62,712 bases of DNA, filler included, from Stramenopiles sp. TOSAG23-3 (GCA_900128585.1; 20 parts of 20 records of this genome joined end to end with filler, not necessarily neighbours in it); one strand, 5' to 3'; positions 25,200 to 38,185 are shown, numbered from the whole stretch's first letter. Notes: generated from the sequence alone by a model not told the origin. A program made the numbers and translations.

Positions 25200-25344
25200 A
25201 TGAGTCACCTATGAATGAGACACCGGACGAGGAAGTTGATTATGGGTCATCTGGAAGCATTGCTAATCCATCTACCGATTCAGGTCATGAATGGAGCGAT
25301 TTGTAAAACCAAAAGAGCAAAGATAAGTTCGCAGTACATGAAGG
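25200..25344 (+). repeat. Dispersed repeat, copy 1 (copy 2 at 49981-50168)
   Basis: ATGAGTCACCTATGAATGAGACAC...GTTCGCAGTACATGAAGG shared between two contigs. Confidence 0.9.
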
Positions 25345-25368
25345 TTTTCTTGTGTTTAAAACATTTAA

Positions 25369-28241
25369 CTAATACTCAGCCAACGTATCGCTGTCGGGCA
25401 AAAACCCTGTTTGCTGCAGATGGTCCAACGCTTTATTTATTACCCCCTCGATACGGTCATCTACCATGGTTGCATCGAGAAACTTCAAAGGGGGTTTATC
25501 ATCGTCTGGTTGTCCTTCCGATTTCAACCTTTGTGCTCTAATACATGATTTTCTATGGCGGGCCCAATCAATGCGCTCGCACCCTTTCGAACAATACCAG
25601 ACCTTTCCGCACTTATTCGAACATTCTTGGAATGCTTTTGGGAATGGCTCAGCTTTGTCGCAATACGTTTGGGCACATTTCCGGATGATTGAATGCATCA
25701 ATACGTTTCCTAGCCTCTTCCGTTCCTTCTTTCGCCAGCGTTTCATTTGATAATATGCTTGGTTAAATTTTAGACCGCGTGCACGACTTCTAGGGGAAGC
25801 TAAGTCAAACTGCCCCAAGAGCCTAGGTTTCTCTACTTGGGTTTCCTTTGTCACTAAATTCAGGTATACATACTTGTTAGAAGTCGCATCTTTCAATTTC
25901 TCAAAATTCTCTGCAATGAAATCACGAAGTGCGTATCGAGCCATTTTGCAACGATACGACCGTTGGATCACGCACGCAGCCTGGGTTAGCAAGGCAATGT
26001 ACTCTTCATCTTCACTTTCCTCTTCCTCGCTGTCCGAATCCGATTCGAAGACTATGTTAAGTTTCACTCGTGTTATATGCCCTCTAACCAAAGCCTGGAA
26101 TTTTGTTGCTCCAAGCATTTGCATATCGTACGGGGCATGTACTGTACCTGGGAAGTTTTTCCACAAAATATACCGAATCTGGCGCTTTGCAGCTCTTCCT
26201 GCTAAAATTGCTTTCCGCCGTGCCGTCCTGGCTATTTTTTTCGTTGTCGGGTTAACTACAAATTTGTATGCTTTCTTTTGCCAGCTTGGGTTCGCATTAT
26301 CGTTTTTCTCTACCTTAATTTCTACTTCTTCAAATACGGAGTCTTCTTCATAAACGTCACGCTCTTCAGGCCGGTAGATGTAAATGATTTCAAAGATGCG
26401 ATCGTCCAACATTTTTGCAGTTTTCAGGAGCTCTGTCATTTCTTTTTTTGCGGCCTTGCTGCCTCGGTACTTTACGTAACCGATCTTTGTTACCAGGGGG
26501 GCAATATCACGAGTAATCTTCCGAATGTCAACGATTCGAAAGGAACACTGGGCAAGATAACGGCTGGCCCCAGCGCTTTGGAATTCTTGAAGCATTCTTG
26601 ATAGTTTTCTAATGGAAATGCACTCGATTACGAACTTTGAGACCGGCTGCTCTGAGTCTATTTCTTCCTCGGCATCATAAAATGGGATTATCCTGTCCTT
26701 TTCGTTTTCGACGTAATCGTAGAGCATTTGAACGTTTTTCTTGAGAGAATCAATACCCATATTTATTTCATTCCATATCAAAGGGACCATTTCAATTTGT
26801 ATTCGTCTTCTAGATGAACGCCACGCCTGTTGTATTTGCATGCATGCAAAACGGCGTCGTCTCAGCCGCTTAACAAACTCAAGATTGCCGCCATACTGCT
26901 TTGCTTCTTCCCGGGCGTCTCGCTTTTCTTGGTGGGCCCGTTTGTGTTTCGCCATATCATATTTCATTTCCAAGTACCGTAGCTCATCGAAAAAACGAAG
27001 CTTTTCTTCAGATATCTCCTCTATTAGCATTTGGTAGTTTTCAAGAAAGCGCTTCAAGTCATCTTCAATGTACTGGACCGTTTGAAATTGGATTTTGCAT
27101 AACTCTGACAGGAAAATTGCCGTTTGATCCATCATGGGCAGTTTGTCCCAGATTAAGCTGTGAACCTCATGCTGTACGTGCACCTTGAGTTTGCTGACCT
27201 CTTCCATCCTGTTAATACCAACAGCAGCTAGCAGCGAAGACAGCCCGTCCCTTATTTCATGGAACGTCTTCTTGTTAGATAATTCAAGCCCGTTTGATTT
27301 CGTGATAAGTGCCTGTCTTGCATGGGTCATTTTTAGAAGCAGCCCATTAAAATGCTTAGCTATTTGACAGTCTAGTATTTCTTTCAACCGCCGCTTCTTT
27401 GATTGGCTGCGTTGTATGATGTCAATGATACCAGCGCGTATTCGCATGTCGATAGCGCCGGCTAAGTTCTTCTTCTTTTTCTGTGCAAGCAGGTCTTCGT
27501 AAGTTTCGATCATCTCGTCACACTTATCTACTTCGGCATTTATTCGCTCTGTCATTAATCTGAAATCCCTTCTCGCCCTGTCGCCATACAACCCAATTTG
27601 TTCTGCAACTGTGTACGACTGGTAATTCATCGCGGAGCACAATTGAAGTTTCTCTTCGGCGTGCACCTCCCAACTCGAGAACGCTGCTGGTTCATTGTTC
27701 TCTGAAACTTGCATATGGGGGATCTGGTTGAGTATGTGGGTTCTGAGAGCTTTCAGGAGAATTTTTTCTATGCTCCCAAATAGCTTTTGGGCACATCGCT
27801 CAAAGAGCAAAATGATTTTAATCTGTGCTTTTACTGCATCGATCCCCCCAAAAAAAGGCAGAGTCATGTTTGCAGCATCAAAATCCTGAATTATTGCCCG
27901 CGCCAGAGGCAATTTCTCTCCCGGTCGAAGGGTTGCCTTGTATTTTTCTATGTTACGCAGCAATGCTGTTACCGTGTTTACCGCCTTGCTGCTGTTCACT
28001 TTTGAGCTATACGCGTACTCTGCTACAAGCCGATCAACTTCGGGCTGCTTTGCTTGCAGAACTGGAAAGACGTTCGCACAAAACATTTTCAGCACAGTGT
28101 GCAATGTTTGAAACACGGACGGAAAACTGCGGAGACGTGTACAATGACATTGTACACCGATAAAAAAATATGTGCTCCGACAAAAGAAGAAATTAGTCAA
28201 ACAAATGTGTTGTTCATTGCTGCGTTCCATACCCTGCAAGA
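25369..28241 (-). CDS. Large coiled-coil protein with IQ motifs, a WW-like element and a MYND-type zinc finger (probably 5' partial)
   Basis: IQQAWR, FQALVRGHITR, IQRSYRCKMAR; YVYLNLVTKETQVEKP; CSNKCGKVWYCSKGCERIDWARHRKSC. Confidence 0.75.
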
Positions 28242-28719
28242 NNNNNNNNNNNNNNNNNNNNNNNNNNNNNNNNNNNNNNNNNNNNTTAATTAATTAANNN
28301 NNNNNNNNNNNNNNNNNNNNNNNNNNNNNNNNNNNNNNNNNAGAAGAGAAAGAAGAAGAGAAAGAAAGAAGAAGAGAAAGAAGAAGAGAAAGAAGGAAAG
28401 AAAGAAGAAGAGAAAGAAGAAAAGAATCAAGAAAAGAATCAAGAAGAGAATGAAGAAGAGGAAGAAGAAGAAAAGAGAAGAGGAGAGAGAAAGAAGAAAG
28501 AAAAGAAGAAGAAAGAAGAGTAACGTGCGTCATCATTTTGTATTTGCTTCGTAGCTATACTATACTTTGAAAGAAAGAAAAAATCAGAAAATCGTAGAGG
28601 AAAGTAGAAATGAATGAAAGAAGGAAACGCAAGAAGAATACATGATTGGTAGAAACAAAGACACCAAAAAAATTTTGTAGTACGTACCTTTTCACCGATT
28701 TTACACCGTCCATCCTACC

Positions 28720-30060
28720 ATGTTACACACCCTTTGCCGTCGTGCCTTGACGACCGTGCGGGCGAGAGCCAGCGTCCGGCAGTTTGCCACTGCTGGCGGG
28801 ACGACGGGGCCGGACAAACTGAGCTTTGTGGACGACAGTGCCGATAGTGCGTCACTGAGCCCAAAGTCTGCCTCAATCTCCTCCCTTCTCAAGGAGAAAG
28901 GGACGTGCGCCATACCATTCACGGATCGGGAGGCGGCCGAGCTTCCCCCCGTCGAGGACATCTTGGATCACTTCGAGGCGGACCTCCGGCGAAAGACGAA
29001 GCAGCACGCCGGGTACCCGTACAACCTGGACTACGACTTCAAGGACCTGTTCAAGTTCATGAACTACTCCATCAACAACCTTGGGGACCCGTTCCAGACG
29101 TCCAACTACGGCGTTCACTCCCGGGCCTTCGAGACGGCCGTTGTGGACTTCTTCGCCCGGCTCTGGAAGCTCGATGAGGAGGAGTACTGGGGGTACGTCA
29201 CCTCCTGCGGGACCGAAGGGAACCTTCACTCGGTCCTCGTCGCCCGGGAGAACCACCCGGATGCAGTCCTGCTGAGCTCCACCGAGACCCATTACTCCAT
29301 CTTCAAGGCCTGCCGGGCCTACCGGATGGACTACGAGCCGATCGACACGCTCCCGAACGGGGAGGTCAACTACGACATCCTCGACGAGCGGATCGGCCAC
29401 TGGGCCAAGGAAGGGCGGGACATTATCCTCAACTGCAACCTTGGCACCACCGTCCGGGGCGCCGTCGACAGCGTCGACAAGATGATTGCCTCGCTCGAAC
29501 GGCACAACGTCCCCAGGGAAAATTTTCACATCCACTGCGACGGGGCTTTGTTCGGCCTGATGATGCCCCTCCTCATCCCCCGGGGCCCCATCTCGTTCGA
29601 GAAGCCCATCGATAGCATCGCCGTCAGCGGGCACAAAATGCTGGGCTGCCCCATGCCCTGCGGGATCACCGTCACCCGAAAGCGGCACTTGGAGAAAATG
29701 TCCCGTCCCGTAGAATACTTGAACTCCGTCGACACCACCATCATGGGGTCGCGCAATGGCCACGCGGCCCTGTACATGTGGTACGCCCTGCGGACCAAAG
29801 GGATCGACGGCCTTCAGGACGACGTGCGAAACTGCTTCGTCAACGCCGCGTACCTTCACGAAAAGCTCGAGAAGGAAGGGATCCGCTCCGAACGGAACGA
29901 ACTCTCGACGACCGTCGTGTTCGAGCGCCCCAACGATGACTTTGTCCACCGTTGGCAGCTCGCATGCGAGGGAGACATTGCCCACGTCGTCGTCATGCCA
30001 AACATCACCCAGGACGTCATCGATGACTTTGTTGGCCAGCTCGTGAACGGTGGGCAGTAA
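28720..30060 (+). CDS. PLP-dependent group II decarboxylase, serine (histidine) decarboxylase-like
   Basis: GYPYNLD, SINNLGDPF, SNYGVHSR, YWGYVTSCGTEGNLH, HCDGAL, SGHK (PLP Lys) and IMGSRNGH; Arg-rich transit-like N-terminus. Confidence 0.92.
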   Translation: MLHTLCRRALTTVRARASVRQFATAGGTTGPDKLSFVDDSADSASLSPKSASISSLLKEKGTCAIPFTDREAAELPPVEDILDHFEADLRRKTKQHAGYPYNLDYDFKDLFKFMNYSINNLGDPFQTSNYGVHSRAFETAVVDFFARLWKLDEEEYWGYVTSCGTEGNLHSVLVARENHPDAVLLSSTETHYSIFKACRAYRMDYEPIDTLPNGEVNYDILDERIGHWAKEGRDIILNCNLGTTVRGAVDSVDKMIASLERHNVPRENFHIHCDGALFGLMMPLLIPRGPISFEKPIDSIAVSGHKMLGCPMPCGITVTRKRHLEKMSRPVEYLNSVDTTIMGSRNGHAALYMWYALRTKGIDGLQDDVRNCFVNAAYLHEKLEKEGIRSERNELSTTVVFERPNDDFVHRWQLACEGDIAHVVVMPNITQDVIDDFVGQLVNGGQ

Positions 30061-30502
30061 AAGGAGATCGGCGAAAGGGCCGAGGGAGGGAGGGAGGAAG
30101 GGGAGATAGGTTTTTTAAGTTAAGCCGGAGAGACGGCGACCGGCCCCGTTTTTTTGCTGCGCCGTTGTTGGGCAGCAGTACGCAATTTTAAGTAACACAA
30201 CATTTGGACACAATATGATAGGCTGTTATTTAGATATTTCGTATCTAAAGTTATACAAGACTACTGAAATGGCCTCTTTTTGGTTTTCCTCTACACTACT
30301 TTGTACTTCTCGATCGTATTTTTTATCTTCTTCCGCCGCAGTGTATCTTAAAAATTAAGACGCACACATATGATATATATACGCTTCTTTGCTTCCACGC
30401 CAGAAAACTATTAAACCTTGAGCATGTATGAAGGCATTTATGTACACCTCGGCGCCGCAAGCTCACCCCTCCCCCCTTCTGTCCATCCCTGTCTTCCACC
30501 CC

Positions 30503-31383
30503 TCACATTCGTGCGCGGGAATCGACCTCGAGGTCCACGCAAACCGCCAAGTGGTCGCTCTCCTCCTGCTTGTTTGGCAATGGGCCGTTGAGCAAATCGC
30601 GGTGCGGGATCTCCCGCGCCCCCGTGACGGCGATCCCATCGCTGATGAAAACGTAGTCTAGCGTGTCCACGAACGCCGGCCCGTTCTTGATGTACGCGTA
30701 GTTCGTACAGTCCGGTTCGGCGCCGACAAACTCTTTGTATGCCGATTTCAGCGGCCCTCGGCGAAGGGCAGGGTCCCAGTTCACGTCGTCGTACGGGAGC
30801 CGCTGAGGCATCGCCGAGTCCCCCGGGCCAAGCTTTCCGTCCATCAGAAACCTGTACTGCGGGTGGGTCGGGGAGAAATTGAAGTCGCCCGCAAGGACGA
30901 ACGGGAGGGCTCCCGCGCACGCCTCCATGAACTGTGCCACGAGTGCCGTGTGAATGGTCATCAACGGGGGACTCCAAAACGCGCACGGCATGTGGTACGT
31001 CCCGACCCAGAACTCGCCCGACGACGGAGACCCTTTCAGGCGCACCGCGATGGCCGTGTTGTGCCGGTCCTTTGCCTTGTGCCAGTACTCAAAATCTTCC
31101 TGCTCCTTCGCCTTCATCGCTTCCACCGTCTTTGCGGAGGGAGGAAACTCGACCTTGGCGGGCGACGGGGCCGTCGTGTCCTCCAGCTCCGTCGAGGGAC
31201 CCGGCCACATGGCGTCCCAGCACTTTTCCCACCACGATTTTGGGACTTCCTGGCGCTTGTCCTTCTTTCGTTTCTTCGGGGACCGTTTCGTTGCCTTCGC
31301 GTCCGACCTCGGGGCTTTCTCTGGCCGGCTCGGGCACCACGTCTGGGTTTCCGACACCCGCTCAACTTTGCAGTCTTGGATGC
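30503..31383 (-). CDS. Endonuclease/exonuclease/phosphatase family protein (CCR4/nocturnin-like), C-terminal part
   Basis: GTYHMP, LAGDFN, SAYK, TLDYVF and SDHL motifs. Confidence 0.85.
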
Positions 31384-31610
31384 NNNNNNNNNNNNNNNNN
31401 NNNNNNNNNNNNNNNNNNNNNNNNNNNTTAATTAATTAANNNNNNNNNNNNNNNNNNNNNNNNNNNNNNNNNNNNNNNNNNNNAACTTAGCCACACTGAT
31501 GCCGGACAATAAAATAGGAATATTGAGAGCAGTTGGTTGTTGTAGTATTAGCTGTGAACAAAAACAGTTTATCCTACTTTAATAGTACGATCGACCGACC
31601 GACCACCACC

Positions 31611-34521
31611 ATGGCAACCAAGGCCACCTCAGCATCGTCGGACGGGGACGAGGTCGCCCAGCTCAGGCTCCACCTGAAAGCGAAACAAAAGGAACTAGAC
31701 GAAGTGGAGCGGGCATGGAAAAAATCAAAGGGGAAAATGGCAAAAGTGTTGGAGAGGTTCAAGAGCCTGCAAGAGCAATCCAAGTCTAGGAAAATTTCGT
31801 ACGGTAAGAGCGAGAAGGCACGCAAGGAAACCGAGGAAAAGCTATTGAACGCCGAGGCCACCGTTGCCGAACTTCGGGCCGGTATGCTCCTAGAAGGCAG
31901 TGGCGAAAACGGCGACGGCACGGGAGTCACGGGGGGGAGGTTGAAGGCGCTGGAGGCGGAGCTTGCTGATGCGAAGGCCGATGCAGCAGCGACGGCAGCG
32001 GAACTGCTGAAACTACGGTCCGAGGGGCAGGCGGCCATGGGCGAGCTGAAGGGCAAGCTGGATTCGAGTCTGGCACGTGAACAGTCGCTTGAGCAGGAAC
32101 TTGAGGAGGAGAAAGATAAGAACGATAGTCAGGAGGAAACAGTCCAAGAGAAAACGGAGGAAGTCGAATGGCTGGCGGAAGAGCTCGAGCAAACGAAGGG
32201 TGCATTGAAGGAACTAAGGGAGAAGCAGGCGGCCTCCGTGGAAGCAGGGGCTGGGCCCGAGCTTGGGTCGATCGAGGAGAAAAATGAAGAGATTGAATGG
32301 TTAACGGAAGAGCTGAAGCAAACAAAGGAGGCCCTTAAGGAGACGAGGGAAAGTTTGCACGAATCAGAGGCGGCCGCGCAAGAAGCCACCGCGGAGGGGC
32401 AGCAAAGTGCTGCCGACAACTCCAAGTTGGCGTCCCTGGAAGAAAGCGTAAAGTCGCTCAACGAACAACTGGAGAGCGCGAAAGAGGAAGCGGTGGAAAA
32501 CGAAAATATTGCAAACAGCCGCGGGCAACTGCTGGCAGAAAACGCTCAGCAGATGGTGGTTTCGGACCGAAAGATCAAAGCGCTGGAGGAAAAATGCGAG
32601 CAACTCGAGAGCTTGACAGATTCGTCGGACCAAGACTTGATTTTGAAACTGCAAGACTCGCAGCAGACGGTGAACGACTTGTGGAAGAAATGCGAGCGTG
32701 CAGAGAACGCGTTGCGGGAGAAGATAGAAGATTACAACGCCGTCAACGAAGACCGTAGCAAACTAAAGAAGCATTTGAGAGACATGGCCAACGACAGAGA
32801 GCAAGAGAAACATGCAAGCGCAGTGTCAAGCGCCAAGAAACAGGTGAAGGAAGCCCGGACAGCAAAAGTCTTCTTGGAGGGAAAAATCGATGAACTTTCA
32901 GAGCAGACGGCGGTGCTGGAAGCAAAGGTTAGTGAGTTGCAGTCTAGCAACAGTGTGTTGTCCGAGGAGAAACTGGTTGCGGAGGAGAAGGCGGGCGAAT
33001 CGGCGGAACGATTAAGCGAGGCGCTCGAGCAGGTCTCTGGCCTTCGATCTGACCTTACGGCAAGTGAGGCAGAGCGAGAAGAAACCAAGCTGGCGCGCAA
33101 CAATTTTTTTGCAAGCATTGCGAACGGAAAGTACTCAAATTATAACGAACTCCAGCGCGTCTTCGGTGAACTGGAGAACCGCATCGAACATGCAAAGAAA
33201 GGGCAAACTGAAGCATCCCAAGAAGTGGAAAACCTTCGAGCTACAGTAACCAAGCTGGAAATCGAGCGAACGGCTGGAGAAGAGCAAAATGAGTTAGAAA
33301 AAATCAAAGAAGAGTTGGAAATGGCGCTCAAGCTGAACCAAACGCTGAACGAAACCCGATCAACGCTCTCGCCCGATTTGGAAGTCGCAAAGCAAGAAAA
33401 ACTAAGCCTTCAAGAGCATGTCGATCTACTGCAAAAATCACATGCCAGCGTAAAAGAAGAATTGGAAGATACAAAACTCTTGTACGAGAAGGCGTTGGCA
33501 CTAAACAAAGAACTTGTCTCTTCAAACGACCAAGTAGACGCCTTAAAACTAGAGGCAAAGGGTGCGATGGAACGCCTGGAATCGGCAACAAGGAAGCACA
33601 AAGCAGAACTTGGCAAAATCAAGGAGCTATACAAAAAATCGCTGATGCACAACAAGGAACTGACCGCTTCGATCAAAAAGTCCTTGATAGCAGATGCCAA
33701 AATAATACAAGCAAGAGTTGCGGCTTCTGAAGCAGCCCTGAAAAACGAAATCGAGGAGCTTAAAAATGCATTGCGGCTGGAGTCAGCCAAGCACGATGCA
33801 AGCGAACGCCAAAGAAGCGACGCTAGTGCAGAGACACAAGCGCTGGCAGAGTGTAAAAAAGCCCTGGCTCAAAAGGAAGAAGACGCTACAAAAGCAAAAG
33901 AAAAGCTGAAAAAGGTTGTTGAAAGGTTTAAAATTTTGCAAGATCAAGCGAAGGAGAAGAAAGCGGTTATCGAGCAAATGCAAAAACAAATGCAAGACAT
34001 GCCCAAAGCCACAGGCTCGGAATCGGAGTCGACAGGGATCGAAAAAGAACGCAAGAAGGCAAAACAGTCCGTTGAGCGCTACAAAGAACTGCAGAAGCGC
34101 GTGAAGGAGAACAAAAAAACTCACGCGGTACAGCTCGATGGCCTTAGAAAGGAACTGGCCGGTGCGCGGGAGGCTGCGAAAAACATGGAACAAGAAGTGC
34201 GGGCGCTGCAACTGCGATGCAAGAAACAGATGACAGATGTGTCCGATGCAGCCGAAACCAAGGCTGCCCTCGTAGGCGAGCGCATTAGAGTGGCGAGCAT
34301 GATGGAAAAGTATCAAGCGTTGGAGGGAAAGTTGGATGAAGTCCGGACAGGATTTGCAGCAGAGGTTGTGAAAATGTGCAAACAACAAAAGAAAGAGAAT
34401 GAGTTTGAGGAAGAAATGGGAGAACTAGAAGAAAGGCTTTCGCAAAAACAGAAACAAGTAGATGCGTTAGAATCCGCGGCAGAGAAACATAAGTCAACAG
34501 TGGAATCGCAAGCATCCGACT
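31611..34521 (+). CDS. Very long coiled-coil protein (3' partial)
   Basis: About 970 aa of E/K/A/L-rich heptads; the K(V/S)(L/V)ER(F/Y)K motif recurs three times. Confidence 0.8.
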
Positions 34522-34837
34522 NNNNNNNNNNNNNNNNNNNNNNNNNNNNNNNNNNNNNNNNNNNNTTAATTAATTAANNNNNNNNNNNNNNNNNNNNNNN
34601 NNNNNNNNNNNNNNNNNNNNNTAATAATTAGTACTGTATGTAATCTGTATTATATATACTATCTTTGTAAACATTTACTCCTTAAATGGATTATCATGAT
34701 TAGAATACTAGAAAATACTAACCAACCCTCTCCTCTCTCCTCCTCCTCATCTGCTGAGATACTTTTTTTTTTAAATTATTTAAAAACAAAAATAAAATAC
34801 AATATTCTTCGGAATAAAAAAAATAAGAAATACATAG

Positions 34838-35157
34838 TTTCACAGGGAGCCCATCGGTTATGCCTCAGGGATTGACGGACAGCCTGACTTAGCAATTAAG
34901 ATCGAACAGCAAGCAGAGTAAGGGTTAGAAGGATTCAGGAATTATATGAACCATTTGCTAGAATATGACAATTCTCTTCACATCTGTAACTGAATATAAA
35001 TGAAGTTAAAGTTACAATATTAAACGTTCATCCTGTTTTTTTTTCTCTTTTAATTCCTGAATCCTTCCAACCCTCACCGTGCTTGCTATACGATACGTAG
35101 AGCTAAGGCAGGCAGGCTGTCAATCCCTAAGGCATAACCGCTTGGCTCCAGGGGAAA
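34838..35157. repeat. Long imperfect inverted repeat (107-nt arms): foldback, MITE or hairpin RNA
   Basis: 34838-34944 aligns without gaps to the reverse complement of 35051-35157, with 22 mismatches by hand count. Confidence 0.9.
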
Positions 35158-35189
35158 AAATATTTTTCCTCAGCCTCCTGCTGCTGCCA

Positions 35190-36377
35190 TCATTTTTTCT
35201 TCTTCTTGTTTTTTTTGCGGCGAGCAGCAAATGACGGCGGTGGCGCAGCAAAAACATCAGGAGCGTCAGCGTTTGCTTGACCAGCTTCTAACTTCGACAG
35301 GACATCATCTATACCAAATTTTGCACTGAGCACTTTTGATTTCTTCCCCCCGTTTGCTGCCTCTTCTTCTTTGGCTTTTTCCTCCGCGATCATCTTCCGA
35401 TTGCGAGCATATTCTTCTTGAACAGCATTCAGCTCCATAATGGAGTCTTCTTCCATTTGCTGCATATATTCAAGGTAGGCTTGCCATCCCATTTCATTGA
35501 TTCCACGGATCCATTCTATTTCTTCTCTTCTTAATCGTAGGGCTCGGAGCACGGGTAAAAGTGGGCCTGATTTTGTCAAAAAAGGCGTTCGTATGTTGGT
35601 GCAGGCTACCTTTAAATCCTCTCTGACATCGTGGATTTTTTTTGCATCCAACTGATTCTCCAGTGCAAACGTTAGCCCTTCTTGGACTCTCAAAGACTCT
35701 AGACGTGCCGTAAGCATTTTTTTTTTCCGGCGATATCGCACCAGCGTTCGCATCAGACCTTCTTCTGTGTCATCCGTCGACATGCTGCTGCCCATATTTG
35801 AAATTGGCGAAAAGTTTATTTGAGGGGGTTGGGCAAGTTCCGCCCCGCTATTTTTGTCGGCATGGTTTGACGAACTACGAAACATTCTGAACTTTTTCAG
35901 AACAGTGGTACCTGTTTTCTGGGCTGCGGGTTCACCGCCTTCGTCGGAAGAATCTTCCTTGGTGTCTAACTGGCCCACAAACGCTAGCCCAAGCTCCGAT
36001 GGGGTTTTCTTCCCGGCGCTTGAGTTTGACGGCACATCGCCCTTCATTCTGAGGACTTTGGGATCTAGAGTAACAGTTACAGCTGAGGCCGTGCTCTCTT
36101 GGCTTGGGGACTCTACTAACAGCCCTGGCTTATCGGAGGTGGGACTGTTTCGACCGTCCGTTGCAGACTTATCCTTGCCTTTTGCGATGTGCGACATTTG
36201 CAACCTAGTTATTTTGAGATGCAACAAGTCCATTGCATTTATTTTTTCCGAATCAGCACCCATCTCTATGCATTTTTTTCGCAAGACGCGGACGAACTCT
36301 TCCTCTTGCTCCTTGTCCGTTTTCCCTGAAATGTCACCTCCTAGGTGTTTCAGAAGTTCTACGTCGTGGGAATCCAT
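35190..36377 (-). CDS. Hypothetical protein with coiled-coil and disordered regions
   Basis: About 395-aa ORF from MDSHD; start codon uncertain. Confidence 0.7.
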   Translation of the reverse strand: MDSHDVELLKHLGGDISGKTDKEQEEEFVRVLRKKCIEMGADSEKINAMDLLHLKITRLQMSHIAKGKDKSATDGRNSPTSDKPGLLVESPSQESTASAVTVTLDPKVLRMKGDVPSNSSAGKKTPSELGLAFVGQLDTKEDSSDEGGEPAAQKTGTTVLKKFRMFRSSSNHADKNSGAELAQPPQINFSPISNMGSSMSTDDTEEGLMRTLVRYRRKKKMLTARLESLRVQEGLTFALENQLDAKKIHDVREDLKVACTNIRTPFLTKSGPLLPVLRALRLRREEIEWIRGINEMGWQAYLEYMQQMEEDSIMELNAVQEEYARNRKMIAEEKAKEEEAANGGKKSKVLSAKFGIDDVLSKLEAGQANADAPDVFAAPPPSFAARRKKNKKKKK

Positions 36378-37545
36378 ATCGACTTTGGAAAGACAATTAG
36401 CCGGCGCGTACTTCAGTAAAACAGCCAAATTCGTGGTAGAATTGTGGCATGGGACAGTTGAAAAAGGGTGCTGTAGACTGTACCAAATGCATGCTTTCTC
36501 CCAAGCAGTAAGTAGTACTCTGAATTCTAGTAATCGTCATGGTTATTACTTCTTCTTTTTTGTGACGACGATTATTTATTTTATTATTATTATTATTATT
36601 ATTTTTTATTATTATTACTAACTACTCTGTTCTATATTAACTACAGGCTAACGCGACGAGGAGTGCAAGTTGTGTTTTTATTTTATTGATTGTGTTGTGT
36701 TGGTGGTGGTTGTATTTATAATACAGTAAATACAGGTACCAGGCCAGGTACCCCCCCCCAGTACGACAGAACTAAAGGAAGAGAAGAAGGCTGTGTGATA
36801 ATAGACGACTAATGCCACAACAAAAACAATATTATAAAAAAATATAAAATCTAAATAATAATAATAATAATTATCCAGAATAATCTCACCAGCAGGTATT
36901 AATTAAATAGAAATAAAATAGAAACAATAATGAATGAATGAAAGAATGAATGAAGAAAAACAAGAAGAAGAAGAAGAAACAACTGCATCGCACTGCAACG
37001 TAATATGAAAGAATACAAGTATTAATGTAATAGAAACACGAATAAAAAAATAAAATTTAAAGAAGAGAAACAGCGTTTTGTAAAATTACTGTAGCCGTAT
37101 ATTATATTACTGTAGCCGTCTAGCAGATAAAACAATACAAACTACGTAGTAGGTAGGGGAGAAATAATAATAATTTGGTTGAGTTTAATTAATATAAAAT
37201 GTATTGAGATTGTGATTACACAACAAACGGGGAATATATTATATAGGAAAATAAATAGAAGTATACAATACCAGTACGACGCAGGAAGCAACAAAAAAAA
37301 AAAGAAGAAGAAGAAGAAAAGAAGTCTCCTCCCTTTCATAATTTAAGATAATCCAAAGTTATAGTAGAACTATTTTTTTATATATAATCTAGTCGAAATT
37401 AATTTCATGTTGAACTTGTTTGAAGCATAAAATGTTTAATAAGACCACATCCATTTTTCAAGCGGGCTGAGACGGAAAACGGCGGAGTTTAGTTTGCATT
37501 CGAGTATCGTTTTGTACATATCAATCCAACAACCGTAGTTTGGAC

Positions 37546-37657
37546 ATGTCGCACTCTAGCGACCCACTGGACGAAGCTGAGAGTTTAGTTCTGCACTTGT
37601 TGGAAACAGCGGCTAAAACCATGGAGCTGGTAGAGGTAGAGCTGGTGGCCGAAGATG
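37546..37657 (+). CDS. N-terminal fragment, weakly Mediator MED11-like
   Basis: MSHSSDPLDEAESLVLHLLETAAKTMEL amphipathic helix, open to the contig end; family call is tentative. Confidence 0.3.
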
Positions 37658-37757
37658 NNNNNNNNNNNNNNNNNNNNNNNNNNNNNNNNNNNNNNNNNNN
37701 NTTAATTAATTAANNNNNNNNNNNNNNNNNNNNNNNNNNNNNNNNNNNNNNNNNNNN

Positions 37758-38185
37758 CGTTGCAGCAAGATTTACGGCAATGCCGAGAAGATGAATTCGG
37801 AAAGCACGGCGGCCTTTCAAAGCGTGGTGGGGTGTACACTCGGTTTGATCAAAGCGTTGCCAAAGCGATGAAGGGAACGCTGGAGTATCTAGAAAAATGC
37901 AGCCGAGGGGAAGAAGACTACGTTGAAGAAACTTACCGGCAGACTTTGCAAAGTGTGAAGGGTCTCCAAGGTTTGGCCTCAAAAAATGTACATGGGTTCC
38001 CCGTCAACACAATGTTTACAGATTTCAAATCTTTGACGGAGAAAGTCCGGGCAACAAACATACACCTCACAGAAGCGGACGATGTAAGATTTTCTCTTTC
38101 TGTGAGAGTGTTCCCTTACCCGCAAGAGGTGTACTCCATATGGGTGTTTTTGCTCAGTATCTCCCCGAGGGCAAAAGTGGTATGA
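37758..38185 (+). CDS. CC2D2A: CC2D2A/MKS6-like ciliary transition-zone protein, C-terminus
   Basis: HGFPVN...TNIH...VRFSLSVRVFPYPQEVYSIWVFL matches the CC2D2A/CEP76 C-terminal domain. Confidence 0.8.
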
